From the NCBI GenBank assembly GCA_963748885.1, contig CAVVLC010000064.1, positions 21,943-85,942 of the forward strand: 64,000 bases of DNA, in the 5' to 3' direction. Shown piece by piece: positions 1-11,856 of this stretch. Source of the stretch: an uncultured Actinomycetota bacterium (lineage in GTDB: Bacteria; Actinomycetota; Actinomycetes; Mycobacteriales; Mycobacteriaceae). Every line of letters begins with the position of its first letter. Position 1 is the first letter of the stretch. The notes beneath the pieces were generated by a model. The model was not told where the DNA came from. It made no database searches and worked only from the letters and a program-made list of their open reading frames with translations. The translations under genes and the position numbers were made by a program.

Positions 1-725
1 TGAAACCACACCGAATGGTTTGCCGAGGCCGCGAAGATGCGGTCGAAACCCCAGGACAGGCCATGCGTGGTGATGACCGAGTCCAGCACCGTGGTATCCG
101 AGGAGTAGACCATTGCCGCGGTGTGCAGCACGGGGTCGTCGGGCAGCACACCCAGGGCCTTGAGCCAGACCCGGTTGTGAGGTAAGCCGCTCGCCCTTAT
201 CCCGCATCACCCATGCCGGGTCGTTGGTGTAGCGCCATTCGATCGGTTGCAGTGCATTGACGAAGTGCGGGACGGTCTCCTCGTAGCCGCGCAACAGCTC
301 GCCGATCGACGGCATGGTCTCGGGCTCGCCCACCTCCGGCGGTTCGACGGCGTGCTCGAGACCGGCACCGCCGGACATGTAGGAGATCATCGCCGAAGAC
401 AACAACACGCCGTCCTGCACGGCGTCGACGCGCCGGTTCGCGAAGCGGCGTTCGTCGCGCAGCCGCACACATGGAATTCGATGTCCTTGGCGGTATCGCC
501 GCCGTTGATGAAGTGCACCGAGAGTGCGCTGGGCGGCAGATCGTCGCGGACCAGCGTGCGACTGCTCGCGACAAACGATTGCGCCATGAGCTGGCCACCG
601 AATGTCCGCATCGGGTTCTTGCTGGGATGGGACCCGATGAAGAGATCATCGTCGACGCGGTTGAGGTCCAGTGCCGCCAGCAGTTCCTCGAAGTCATGCG
701 CGTTCGGTTGGTCGCCAGCCGGCAC
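1..725 (-). CDS. tesB1: Acyl-CoA thioesterase II (3' end outside window; frameshift near 470)
   Basis: ORF 387..725 has DLFIGSHP..RTFGGQLMAQS..SVHFINGGD, typical of TesB. The other frame continues RLRDERRFANRRVDA. Follows pyk as in Mtb Rv1618. Confidence 0.85.
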
Positions 726-746
726 AGGCCCTACTCCCCCGGATTA

Positions 747-2167
747 TTAGACGTCGTCCTCCCCGATCCGGTGCACATGGATCAGGTTGGTCGAGCCTAC
801 TGTGCCGGGTGGCGCTCCTGCGACGATGACCACCAGGTCGCCGCGCTTGTAGCGGCCGAGTTCGAGCAGCGACTTTGTCGACCTGGCGGATCATGCCGTC
901 GGTGGAGGTCATGACGGGGACGATGAACGTCTCGGTGCCCCAGGTCATGGCGAGTTGACTGCGCACCTCGGGCCAGGCGGTGAAGGCGAGCAGCGGCAGC
1001 GGGGTATGCAGGCGTGCTAGTCGCCGCACGGTGTCACCGGATTGGGTGAACGCGACCAGCGCCTTGGCCTCGAGCCGCTCCCCGATGTCGCGGGCGGCGT
1101 AGGAGATCACTCCGCGCTTGGTGCGCGGCACGTGGGTCAACGGCGGTGCGGCCGTGGAATTCTCCTCGACCGCGCAGACGATTCGCGCCATCGTCTCGAC
1201 CGCCTGCCAGCGGGTACTTCCCCACCGAGGTTTCCCCGGACAACATCAGCGCGTCGGCGCCGTCGAGCACGGCGTTGGCGACGTCGGAGGCCTCGGCTCG
1301 GGTCGGCCGCGAGTTTTCGATCATCGAGTCGAGCATCTGGGTCGCGACGATGACGGGTTTCGCGTTCTCCCTGGCCATCTGGATGGCGCGCTTCTGCACC
1401 AGCGGAACCTCTTCCAGCGGCAGCTCGACTCCCAAGTCGCCGCGGGCCACCATCACGGCGTCGAACGCCAAGACGATGGCTTCGAGATTATCGATGGCTT
1501 CCGGCTTCTCCAGCTTGGCGATCACCGGTACCCGCCGCCCGACCCGATCCATCACCTCGTGCACCAGCTCGACGTCGGACGGCGAGCGCACGAAGGAGAG
1601 CGCGACCATGTCGACGCCGAGGCTCAGCGCGAATGTGAGGTCCTCGATGTCCTTCTCCGACAGGGCCGGCGCGGAAACGTTCATCCCGGGCAACGACATG
1701 CCCTTGTTGTTGCTGACCGGGCCGCCTTCGGTGACGGTGCAGATCACGTCGTCGGCCTCGATGGCGCAGACCTCCAGGCCGATCTTGCCGTCGTCGACCA
1801 GAACCCGGTCGCCGACCACGGCGTCCACGGCCAGCCTCTTGTAGGTCGTCGATACCCGGTCGTGAGTGCCTTCGCACTCGCACACGGTGATCCGTACCGT
1901 CTCACCGTCGGCCCAGTAGGTGGAGCCGGTGGCGAAGCGCCCCAGCCTGATCTTTGGGCCCTGTAGGTCGGCGAGCACACCAACCGCGCGACCGGTGACG
2001 TCCGAGGCGGCACGCACCCGTTCATAGGCGGCTTTGTGATCGGCGTAGTCGCCGTGACTGAAGTTCATTCGGGCGACGTCCATTCCGGCTTCGACCAGCG
2101 CCAGGAGCATCTCGTCCGATTGAGTTGCAGGACCAAGGGTGCAGACGATCTTTCCGCGTCTTGTCAC
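747..2167 (-). CDS. pyk: Pyruvate kinase (frameshifts near 1200 and 875)
   Basis: [53 protein letters not shown]-terminus in ORF 694..1191 frame, ending IGEDDV* (TAA 747-749). Confidence 0.93.
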
Positions 2168-2238
2168 GACGACTCAGCATAGTCGCGGTTGCGGGTCATC
2201 GGGGTGAGTCGAAGCCAGCGGTTCGCGTGCGCCGGCAG

Positions 2239-2679
2239 CTACCCGCTGAGAATGGTCGGAATTAAGGGGAAGCCGGGCAAGTTGCGCACCACGGTCCACG
2301 CAATCGACGCGACCACGACCGTCAGCACCACGGGCGTCAGCCGCGTCGAGAGGCCAAGGCGGCGGCGCATCACGAACCACCCGACCAGCAACGGGATGCC
2401 GACCAGCGCAAAGACGTTGTCGTTGATGCTGGCCACCAGGTCGCCGTGCAGCAGATCGTGGGTCATTCGGAGGCCGCCGCACAAGGGACAGTTCCAGCCG
2501 GTGAGGAACTTGAACGGACACTGCGGATACAGCGAGTGCGGGTTGTGCGGGTCGGCGAGCCCAACGTAGCCGAGCGCACCGGCAAGCAGCACGCCCGAGC
2601 CGATGGCGCCGAAGCGACGGCCACGATGTGGTTGGTGCTGATGCTGGCCCGGGGCAAGCTGCGCGTTATCAGGTTCCAT
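2239..2679 (-). CDS. DUF2752-like membrane protein (Rv1616 homolog)
   Basis: CPFKFLTGWNCPLCGGLRMTHDLLHGD motif plus hydrophobic helices; syntenic position. Confidence 0.8.
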   Translation of the reverse strand: MEPDNAQLAPGQHQHQPHRGRRFGAIGSGVLLAGALGYVGLADPHNPHSLYPQCPFKFLTGWNCPLCGGLRMTHDLLHGDLVASINDNVFALVGIPLLVGWFVMRRRLGLSTRLTPVVLTVVVASIAWTVVRNLPGFPLIPTILSG

Positions 2680-3076
2680 CGCGCAAGGGGCGCCCGTACG
2701 GGTCGGTGACCTTGTCGGTCAATATCAGCAGGGCATCGATGCAACCCCAGATCACGGCGCCTAGTCCGCATGTCACCAAGCCCACGAGCAACTGCGCGAT
2801 ACCCAACCCGGTCTCACCGAGGTAGATGCGGCCGATGCCGGCGATACCGAAAAGTCCAAGCAGCTGCAAAAGTCCCGCGACGGTCTTGGACTTGTCCGAC
2901 AGGGGTAGCCCCGAGAACGGATGACGGCCATAGGGTGCGGCAGGGTCGTGGTAACCCGCGGGGGCCGCGTATTGCCCGTACGGTGGCGGCGGATAGCCCG
3001 ATGGCGGCGGTTGCGGCGGTGGCGGCGGTGGCGGGGCGCCGTCCCCAGCCGGTCCTTGCCATGGCTGGTCAGTCAC
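2669..3076 (-). CDS. TM2/NINE-domain membrane protein (Rv1615 homolog)
   Basis: Pro-rich N-terminus followed by KSKTVAGLLQLLGLFGIAGIGRIYLG. Confidence 0.8.
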   Translation of the reverse strand: MTDQPWQGPAGDGAPPPPPPPQPPPSGYPPPPYGQYAAPAGYHDPAAPYGRHPFSGLPLSDKSKTVAGLLQLLGLFGIAGIGRIYLGETGLGIAQLLVGLVTCGLGAVIWGCIDALLILTDKVTDPYGRPLRDGT

Positions 3077-3195
3077 ATTGTCAGCATGCCAGATCTACCG
3101 GGCTTCCGCCGTTGCCGCGCAACGCGGTGCATCATGCAACTGGTGTCGCGAGTCGTTAATTCACGAGCTGGTCGTCTGTTGCGACGACGGTTCAT

Positions 3196-3253
3196 CGAGA
3201 TCGACGTCGGCGCGAAAAAGTCCCGAGAGACCAGCACGCTCGCGTAGATCTCG
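3196..3253. repeat. Solo REP-like palindromic element (58 bp)
   Basis: CGAGATCGACG...AAAAGTCCCGAG...CGTAGATCTCG. Same termini and AAAGT-CGAG core as the copies at 58609 and 59553. Confidence 0.75.
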
Positions 3254-3273
3254 CTGGCCGAAACACCCCGTTG

Positions 3274-5871
3274 CTAGCCGCCCGACCGCGGCACCCGGTT
3301 TTTGCGGCGGAAGCTCCATCGCCGCCGAGTTGACGTTTCGTGGTCACCCGCGTGATTTTCCGCGCCAGCCGGCTCGGCAGCGGATCCGTCGGATTCGGTG
3401 GCGACGGCGGGTGCATCTGCGTCCGGCTCAGGTTCCTTGGCGACACTTTCTGGCTCCGCCGCTTCAGTCTCCGGTTCTTCGGGCTCAGCGGCCGCTGGCT
3501 CGGCTTCAGGCTCCGCAGTCCCTTCGGCTTCAGCCTCGGCGACCTCCGCCACCGGGATAGCTTTCTCGGGCTCGGCCTCGGCGACCTCAGGCTCGACGAT
3601 CTCCGCCTCCGCAGCCACCTCTTCGGGCTCGGGCTGTGGCTCGGGCTGTGGCTCTGGCTCCGCGGCTTCTGGCAATGCGACCTCGGGCTCGGCCGGCGCT
3701 GTGTCCTCGGCCGCAGCCTCCTCGGCCGCAGGCTCGGCCACGTCCGCCTCCGCGGCAGCTTCTTCGGGTTGAGCCTCGGCAGACTCCGATTCGACTTCCG
3801 CGCTATCCGCTTCGGGCTCCGCGGCTTCGGGCTCCGCGACCGCAGACTCGGCCTCAGGTTCTTCGGCCTCGGGCTCTACGACCTGCGCCTCCGGTGCCAC
3901 CTCCTCGGCCTCTGGCTCCTCGGCCTCTGGCTCCTCTGGCGCCGGCTCTGGCTCCGCATCCGAGCCCGCCTCCGCGACTTCTGGCTCTGGCGCAGGCTCG
4001 ACAACCTCCGCCTCCGGAGCCGCCTCCGCGACTTCTGGCTCTGGCTCAGGCTCGACAAACTCGGCCTCGGGAGCCCCCGCTTCAGGCCGCAGCATCCCGG
4101 GCTTCAGCTTCGACGACCTCCGCCTCCACAGCCACCGCCGCGGCGATGAAGCCTCCGCGGCATCGGGCTCCGCGACCTCAGCCGGCGCGGCTTCCGGCAA
4201 AGCGAACTCAGGTTCGGCTGGCTCCGCCTCCGCGGCGGCCTCCTCGGCCTCAAGCGCCGCGAGCTCCGCCCCCTCCGCCCCATCAGCCGCCGGCTCCTCA
4301 CCTGCAGGCTCCTCACCTGCAGGCTCCTCAGCGGGATGCTCCTCAGCCGCAGGCTCCGCGACCTGGGTTTCCGCAGCAGCCTCCTGGTCTTCGGGCTCTT
4401 CGGCTTCAGGTACTGCGACCGCAGCTTCCACGGTTTCCGGCTCAACAGCCTCCTCAACCTGAGGCCCGACGACCTCCGCCTCCGGAGCGGCCTCTTCAGC
4501 CGGCAGCGTCGCGGGCTTCAGCTTCGGCGACCTCCGCCTCCGCAGCCACCCCCTGCGCCCTGAAGCCCCCTCGGCCTCGGGCTCAGCGACCGCCGCCTGC
4601 GCGGCTTCCGGCAAGGCGACCTCAGGTTTGGCTGGCTCCGCCTCCGCGACGGCCTCTTCAGCCTCAGGCGTGGCGACCTCTGCCTCCTCAGCGGCAGGCT
4701 CCTCAGCCGCAGGCTCCTCAGCCGCAACCTCCTCAGCCGCAACCTCCTCAGCCGCAACCTCCTCAGCCGCAACCTCCTCAGCCGCAACCTCCTGAGCCGC
4801 AGGCTCCGCGGGCTCCACAGGCTCCGCAGGCTCCTCGGTCTCCTCGGCCGATTCATCACTCTCTGCCGAATCGTCTCCCGTGCCGGCGGCCGCTGCCGCC
4901 TGTGTGGCGGAGGCCGAAGCCACAGCCACGAGCTCAGTTTCTGGTTCTGGTTCTGGTTCTGGCTCTGGTTCTGGTTCTGGCTCTGGTTCTGGCTCCTCTT
5001 CGTAGCCGACGCCGCCGAGGGTTTCCGGATCCTCGCGGCCCTTCGGCGCCAGAATGATGTAAACCACCGCCCCGATGAACACGAAAGTCGATGTGAACGA
5101 GTTGATTCGGATCCCGGCGATCTGGGTGGCGGTGTCGTCGCGCAGTAGCTCGACGCAGAAACGCCCGACGCAATAGAGCGCAACATAGCTTGCAAACAGT
5201 CGTCCGTGCCCGAGCGTGTACCGCCGGTCAAGGTAGATCAGCGCAACGAATACCAGGACGTTCCATATCAATTCGTAGAGAAACGTCGGCTGTACGACGA
5301 GCGCCACCTGTCCCGTCGAGACACCGTCTAGCGAATGCGGGTCCACATATCCCGACGGATCCTGGCGGTAGAAGATCTCCAGGCCCCACGGCAGCGTGGT
5401 TTCCCGGCCGTAGAGCTCCTGGTTGAAGTAGTTCCCGAGCCGGCCGATCGCCTGTGCTAACACAATTCCGGGAGCGATCGCGTCGCCGAAAGCCGGCAGC
5501 GGAATTCCGCGACGCCGGCAGACGATCCACGCCCCCACCCCGCCGAGCGCGACCGCGCCCCAGATGCCCAAGCCCCCGTCCCAGATACGCAGTGCCGCCC
5601 AGAACCCGGCGCCGCCCGGGCCGAAATACGTCTGCCAATCGGTGGCCAGGTGATAGAGCCGGCCACCGATCAATCCGAAAGATACCGCCAGCACGGCAAC
5701 GTCGTATATGACGCCACGCTCGCCGCCACGAGCCGTCCAGCGCCGGTCGCCGATCAGCAACGCAACCAAGATTCCGATGATGATGAAAAACGCGTAGGCG
5801 CGAATGGGCAACGGTCCGAGGTGCCAGACCCCACGGGGCGGGCTGGGGAAATAGGTAGGCAGCATCGTCAT
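3274..5871 (-). CDS. lgt: Prolipoprotein diacylglyceryl transferase with ~580-aa acidic repetitive C-terminal tail
   Basis: GGRLYH, GLGIWG, GRLGNYFNQELYG, PTFLYE, YCVGRFCVELLR; lies downstream of trpA. Confidence 0.93.
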   Translation of the reverse strand: MTMLPTYFPSPPRGVWHLGPLPIRAYAFFIIIGILVALLIGDRRWTARGGERGVIYDVAVLAVSFGLIGGRLYHLATDWQTYFGPGGAGFWAALRIWDGGLGIWGAVALGGVGAWIVCRRRGIPLPAFGDAIAPGIVLAQAIGRLGNYFNQELYGRETTLPWGLEIFYRQDPSGYVDPHSLDGVSTGQVALVVQPTFLYELIWNVLVFVALIYLDRRYTLGHGRLFASYVALYCVGRFCVELLRDDTATQIAGIRINSFTSTFVFIGAVVYIILAPKGREDPETLGGVGYEEEPEPEPEPEPEPEPEPEPETELVAVASASATQAAAAAGTGDDSAESDESAEETEEPAEPVEPAEPAAQEVAAEEVAAEEVAAEEVAAEEVAAEEPAAEEPAAEEAEVATPEAEEAVAEAEPAKPEVALPEAAQAAVAEPEAEGASGRRGWLRRRRSPKLKPATLPAEEAAPEAEVVGPQVEEAVEPETVEAAVAVPEAEEPEDQEAAAETQVAEPAAEEHPAEEPAGEEPAGEEPAADGAEGAELAALEAEEAAAEAEPAEPEFALPEAAPAEVAEPDAAEASSPRRWLWRRRSSKLKPGMLRPEAGAPEAEFVEPEPEPEVAEAAPEAEVVEPAPEPEVAEAGSDAEPEPAPEEPEAEEPEAEEVAPEAQVVEPEAEEPEAESAVAEPEAAEPEADSAEVESESAEAQPEEAAAEADVAEPAAEEAAAEDTAPAEPEVALPEAAEPEPQPEPQPEPEEVAAEAEIVEPEVAEAEPEKAIPVAEVAEAEAEGTAEPEAEPAAAEPEEPETEAAEPESVAKEPEPDADAPAVATESDGSAAEPAGAENHAGDHETSTRRRWSFRRKNRVPRSGG
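3400..5000 (-). repeat. Intragenic low-complexity repeats (EP 6-bp, AAEEV 15-bp, larger duplicated modules)
   Basis: (ttctgg)n at ~4939-4992 and (agccgcaacctcctc)n at ~4720-4795. Confidence 0.85.
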
Positions 5872-6683
5872 GACTTGGACGCCGCCCTTTGGCGGACGCC
5901 GACAGCAAGTTCCTCGGTCAGCGCGCGCAACGCAGCCAGACTCTCGCCCAGCGCCGACACCAACGCCGAACCGACAATGACACCGTCGGCGTAGCCGCCG
6001 ATCTCCGCGGCCTGCTCTCGCGACCGCACACCGAGGCCGACGCCGACGGGTATGTCCGACACCGCCTTCACCCTGCTCACCAGTTCGGGCGCCGCGTGCG
6101 ACACCGCGTCACGTGCCCCGGTCACACCCATCGTCGACGCTGCATAGACGAACCCGCGCGACGCTTCGACTGTGTGCACCAGCCGCTGCGGCGTCGATGA
6201 CGGCGCCACCAGAAAGATACGATCCAAATGATGCTCTTCGGACGCAGCCAGCCACTGTTGCGCTTCGTCGGGGATCAGGTCCGGAGTGATCAGGCCGTGC
6301 CCGCCCGCCGACGCCAGGTCCCGCGCGAATGCATCAACCCCGTAGCGCAGCACCGGATTCCAGTACGTCATCACCACCGCGCGTCCGCCGGCCACACTGA
6401 TCGCTTCGACCGCGGTCAGCGTATCCCGCACTCGCACTCCCCCACGCAGCGCGGCTTCGGTTGCCCTCGCGATGGTTGGGCCGTCCATGCCCGGGTCCGA
6501 ATACGGCACACCGACTTCGACTATGTCACAGCCCGATTCGACGAGCGCCGTCATGGCGCCCACGGATGTCGGCACGTCGGGGTATCCGGTGGGCAGGTAA
6601 CCGATCAGTGCCGCGCGATTGTCCGCGCGGCACGAATCGAAAACGGGAGCCAGTCTGCTCGTTTCGCTGTGCTCCACAGTCAT
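5868..6683 (-). CDS. trpA: Tryptophan synthase alpha
   Basis: [48 protein letters not shown]. Start MTVEH overlaps the trpB stop. Confidence 0.95.
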   Translation of the reverse strand: MTVEHSETSRLAPVFDSCRADNRAALIGYLPTGYPDVPTSVGAMTALVESGCDIVEVGVPYSDPGMDGPTIARATEAALRGGVRVRDTLTAVEAISVAGGRAVVMTYWNPVLRYGVDAFARDLASAGGHGLITPDLIPDEAQQWLAASEEHHLDRIFLVAPSSTPQRLVHTVEASRGFVYAASTMGVTGARDAVSHAAPELVSRVKAVSDIPVGVGLGVRSREQAAEIGGYADGVIVGSALVSALGESLAALRALTEELAVGVRQRAASKS

Positions 6684-7948
6684 TGCGCGCCCTGGTCGTC
6701 CAGCAGGCCGAACCATTTGGCGGCGGTCGCGACGTCCTTGTCGCCGCGACCCGAAAGATTCACCACGATGACCGTCCCACTTCCCATCTCGATGCCCAGC
6801 TTGAGGGCACCGGCCACCGCATGTGCGGATTCGATAGCCGGGATGATGCCTTCGGTGCGGCAAAGCAAACCAAACGCGTCCATCGCCTCTACGTCGGTGA
6901 TGGGCCGGTATTCGGCACGTCCAGTTTCCTTCAGCCACGCGTGTTCTGGACCCACCCCCGGGTAGTCCAAACCCGCTGAAATGGAATGGGACTCGATGGT
7001 CTGACCATCGTCGTCTTGCAGCAGGTAGGAGAACGATCCCTGGAACGCCCCGGGTGAACCTCCGGTGAATGTCGCCGCGTGCCTGCCGGTTTCGACGCCA
7101 TCGCCGGCCGCCTCGAATCCGATCAACCGCACGCCGGGATCGTCGAGAAAGGCGTGGAAGATCCCGATGGCGTTGGATCCTCCGCCGACGCAGGCGGTGA
7201 CAGCGTCGGGCAACCGGCCCGCCTCTCGCTGGATCTGCGCGCGCGTCTCCAGGCCGATGATTCGCTGAAAATCGCGCACCATCGTCGGGAAGGGATGCGG
7301 GCCGGCCGCGGTACCGAAGCAGTAGTAGGTGTCATCGGCGTTGGTAACCCAATCCCGGAACGCGTCATTGATGGCGTCCTTGAGCGTTTGCGAGCCGCTC
7401 TTGACAGAGACAACCTCGGCACCCAACAACCGCATCCGCGCGACGTTAAGCGCCTGCCGCGCGGTGTCAACCGCGCCCATGTAGATGACACAGTCCAGGC
7501 CGAACAACGCGCAAGCGGTGGCGGTGGCCACCCCGTGTTGACCGGCCCCGGTCTCGGCGATAACCCGAGTCTTACCCATTCGCTTGGCCAGCAATGCCTG
7601 ACCGAGCACATTGTTGATCTTGTGAGAGCCGGTGTGGTTCAGGTCTTCTCGCTTCAGGAAGATGCGCGCCGAACCGGCGTATTCGCCCAGCCGAGTGGCC
7701 TCATACAGCGGCGACGGCCGGCCGGCGTAGTTCGCCTGCAACTTATCCAGGGTGTCCAGGAAGTCGGGATTGACGCGTTCTTTCTCGTATGCGGCGGTGA
7801 CCTCCTCGATCACCGCCATCAGCGCTTCGGCGACGTAACGGCCACCGTAGACGCCGAAGTGCCCACCCGCATCGGGGTCGTGGTGGGTCGGCTCGGAAAT
7901 GGCCGCACTCGGACGCGGAAGATCGCGCGACGGATCTACCATCACCAT
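6680..7948 (-). CDS. trpB: Tryptophan synthase beta
   Basis: [51 protein letters not shown]. Confidence 0.97.
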   Translation of the reverse strand: MVMVDPSRDLPRPSAAISEPTHHDPDAGGHFGVYGGRYVAEALMAVIEEVTAAYEKERVNPDFLDTLDKLQANYAGRPSPLYEATRLGEYAGSARIFLKREDLNHTGSHKINNVLGQALLAKRMGKTRVIAETGAGQHGVATATACALFGLDCVIYMGAVDTARQALNVARMRLLGAEVVSVKSGSQTLKDAINDAFRDWVTNADDTYYCFGTAAGPHPFPTMVRDFQRIIGLETRAQIQREAGRLPDAVTACVGGGSNAIGIFHAFLDDPGVRLIGFEAAGDGVETGRHAATFTGGSPGAFQGSFSYLLQDDDGQTIESHSISAGLDYPGVGPEHAWLKETGRAEYRPITDVEAMDAFGLLCRTEGIIPAIESAHAVAGALKLGIEMGSGTVIVVNLSGRGDKDVATAAKWFGLLDDQGAQ

Positions 7949-8009
7949 CGCTCAACGGGCGGACGGCTGATTGGGTTCAACGTTTCACGGCCACGGCCTC
8001 GGGGAACGC

Positions 8010-8828
8010 CTAGCGAGCCGGTTTCGGACAGGACGGATGGGTGCCCGCGGTGACGAGATCGGCAACCGCCGCACGTGGATCACCGCTTTTGACCAGACCT
8101 TCACCGACCAACACGGCGTCAGCCCCTGCACCGGCATACGCCAAAAGATCCGCGGTGCCACGCACACCCGATTCGGCGATTCTGATCACGTCGCTGGGCA
8201 ATCCAGGAGCGATCCGCGAGAAGCAGTCCCGATCCACTTCCAGCGTGGTGAGATCGCGGGCGTTGACCCCAATCACTTTGGCCCCGGCCTTCAACGCCCG
8301 GTCGGCCTCTTGTTCGGTGTGCACTTCGACAAGTGCCGTCATACCGAGCGATTCGGTGCGGTCCAGCATCGATACCAACGCCGACTGGTCCAATGCGGCA
8401 ACGATGAGCAACAACATGTCGGCACCGTGCGCGCGCGCCTCGTGGATCTGATAAGGCTGCACCACAAAGTCTTTGCGCAAAATCGGCACCGAAACTGCTG
8501 CCCGCACCGCATCAAGGTCGTCGAGCGAGCCGTGAAAACGTCGCTCTTCGGTCAACACGCTGATGATGCGAGCGCCGCCATCTTCGTAAGCCTGGGCCAG
8601 CTTTGCCGCATCCGCGATGGGGGCCAGTGAGCCCGCGGACGGGCTGGCGCGCTTGACCTCGGCGATGACGCCAATACCCGGCTCGCGCAAGGCGGCCATC
8701 ACATCAAGCGATGGCGTCGCCGCGGCGGCGGCGGCTTTGATCTCCGACAGGCTGATCAGCGCTTCACGCGCGGCAACGTCGGCCCGGACTCCTTCGAGGA
8801 TGGAGTCGAGCACGCTTGCCGGACACAT
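8010..8828 (-). CDS. trpC: Indole-3-glycerol phosphate synthase
   Basis: [37 protein letters not shown]. Confidence 0.96.
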   Translation of the reverse strand: MCPASVLDSILEGVRADVAAREALISLSEIKAAAAAATPSLDVMAALREPGIGVIAEVKRASPSAGSLAPIADAAKLAQAYEDGGARIISVLTEERRFHGSLDDLDAVRAAVSVPILRKDFVVQPYQIHEARAHGADMLLLIVAALDQSALVSMLDRTESLGMTALVEVHTEQEADRALKAGAKVIGVNARDLTTLEVDRDCFSRIAPGLPSDVIRIAESGVRGTADLLAYAGAGADAVLVGEGLVKSGDPRAAVADLVTAGTHPSCPKPAR

Positions 8829-8937
8829 GCCTGTCGTTCCTTTCCAGTCTCACCCACCGTCGTTACGGTTACCCGGACAATCCCCAGCCGACATCGACGA
8901 TGTTTATGAAGGGTAGCGACCGTCGGCTCGCGGTCCG

Positions 8938-9606
8938 TCACCGACCCTCGGTGTCAGACTCATCGGGCCGATCGGTCGGGTCGCGGCCCTCGTCAAGCGC
9001 GTCCCAGATCATCCGCTCCGAAATCTCGGGTGCCGCCGCTTCGGCGTCGCCGCGCCGAGCCATCGAACGGCGCGCGGCGGGCGCGACATATTTTGTCGCG
9101 CCTTCACGAGCGGGCCCGCGCATTGAAGCCGAGCGTATCAACAAAACGGCAGCGACCAGGGTGCATACCGCGGCCAACAGCGCGACCACCGCGCCCGGGT
9201 AGCGCCGCTGGCTTCCCACCAGGGACAGCAGCGAGACGTGCGCCAACTCGGCTCCGCGCGCCGCCACGTCCGGAAGCACCCACAGGCTGATGCTCAGATA
9301 GCCGACCGCAAAGCTGGCCACCGCCAGCAGCCCGGCCAGCGCCCGCAGCGGCCAACCGCGCACCGCGATCGCGGCGAGCGCGGTAACCAGCATGAGAATC
9401 GCCAACGGCAGCAGCGCCGTCGACCACGACGCGCCATTCAGGGTCACGTCCCTGGGTGGACCCAGCCCGTCAAACGACCGCACGACCACCCACGGGAGCC
9501 GCGACGCCGTCCACAGCGCGCCGGCGGCAACCACCAGCAACAACTGGGCTACCCCGATCATCAGCCGGCTTTTGCGATCAGGCCGGGCCGGCCGGGACTC
9601 AGCCAT
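8938..9606 (-). CDS. Trp-region conserved membrane protein (Rv1610 homolog)
   Basis: Multi-TM protein ending MIWDALDEGRDPT; lies between trpE and trpC. Confidence 0.85.
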   Translation of the reverse strand: MAESRPARPDRKSRLMIGVAQLLLVVAAGALWTASRLPWVVVRSFDGLGPPRDVTLNGASWSTALLPLAILMLVTALAAIAVRGWPLRALAGLLAVASFAVGYLSISLWVLPDVAARGAELAHVSLLSLVGSQRRYPGAVVALLAAVCTLVAAVLLIRSASMRGPAREGATKYVAPAARRSMARRGDAEAAAPEISERMIWDALDEGRDPTDRPDESDTEGR

Positions 9607-9615
9607 TTTCGCCTC

Positions 9616-11159
<1,544 letters not shown>

Positions 11160-11470
11160 CGGACCATCCTCGCAGACGCGCTGATCGCCTCGTCAGGAAT
11201 GCCGACCGGGAAATGCACGGATCAACCTGCACAGCAGTTTTGAAATACCGCATCACAGGAATATCGAGCGTTAGAGCGACAGTCCCGCGATATCTTAGCC
11301 CAAGCGGCGTTTAGCAAGTTCTACGGCGATTTGCTGTACTCACGCCCTCTGAGCTCCGTCGTCGACCGTCGTTGTCCTGGATGCAAGACATAGCCCCATA
11401 ACTGACCTTCTTGTTGGGCGTGTCGTTCCGGTGTGTGCGTTTGCTGGTGTAGTAACACCGCAAGAGATTA

Positions 11471-11697
11471 ATGGTTACCGCCGCAATTGGACTAAGGAGC
11501 AGCGCCGCAATGGATTTTTGGACTCTCCCTAGCGGCCGGGGCCCCGGCGGCGGCCGCAGTGGCGCCGCGCGCGCCAACCACGCCGACCGTCACATCCAGC
11601 CCCACGGGCGCGATGCCGACGGACCTCGCCACCACCCTGGCAGCGATGCCCGGGGCGACGGTCATCGTGATTCCGCCTGCGCCGAACGGGAACTGAG
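11471..11697 (+). CDS. Possible small secreted Ala/Pro/Thr-rich protein (frameshift near 11495-11510)
   Basis: MVTAAIGL..., then second frame WIFGLSLAAGAPAAAAVAPRAPTTPT...IVIPPAPNGN*. Confidence 0.35.
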
Positions 11698-11856
11698 CGG
11701 AACCTTGCACTCAGCTAACGACGCGGGCGTAGCCTGACGCCTGTGGAACTTGGTGGCACCGTGGCCGGCTTCGAACTTTCCGATCAGAGCACAAAGCCAC
11801 GTAAGCTCGGCGACCTGCTGTGCACCGATCGCGTGCTGGTGTTCAGAATCCCGTGA
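11697..11856 (+). pseudogene. Degenerate duplicate of bcpB promoter and first ~35 codons (37-aa mini-ORF 11743..11856)
   Basis: VELGGTVAGFELSDQSTKPRKLGDLLCTDRVLVF versus BcpB MKPGDTVADFELPDQSGKPRKLSDLLSTGPVVLF. Upstream CGACGCGGGCGTAGCCTG is identical to 17941-17958. Confidence 0.85.

Noticed and set aside
3340..5231. Long alternative-frame ORFs over the lgt tail, and similar antisense ORFs throughout the window
   Set aside because: Shadow ORFs caused by high GC and repetitive codons; Arg/Pro-rich with no motifs.
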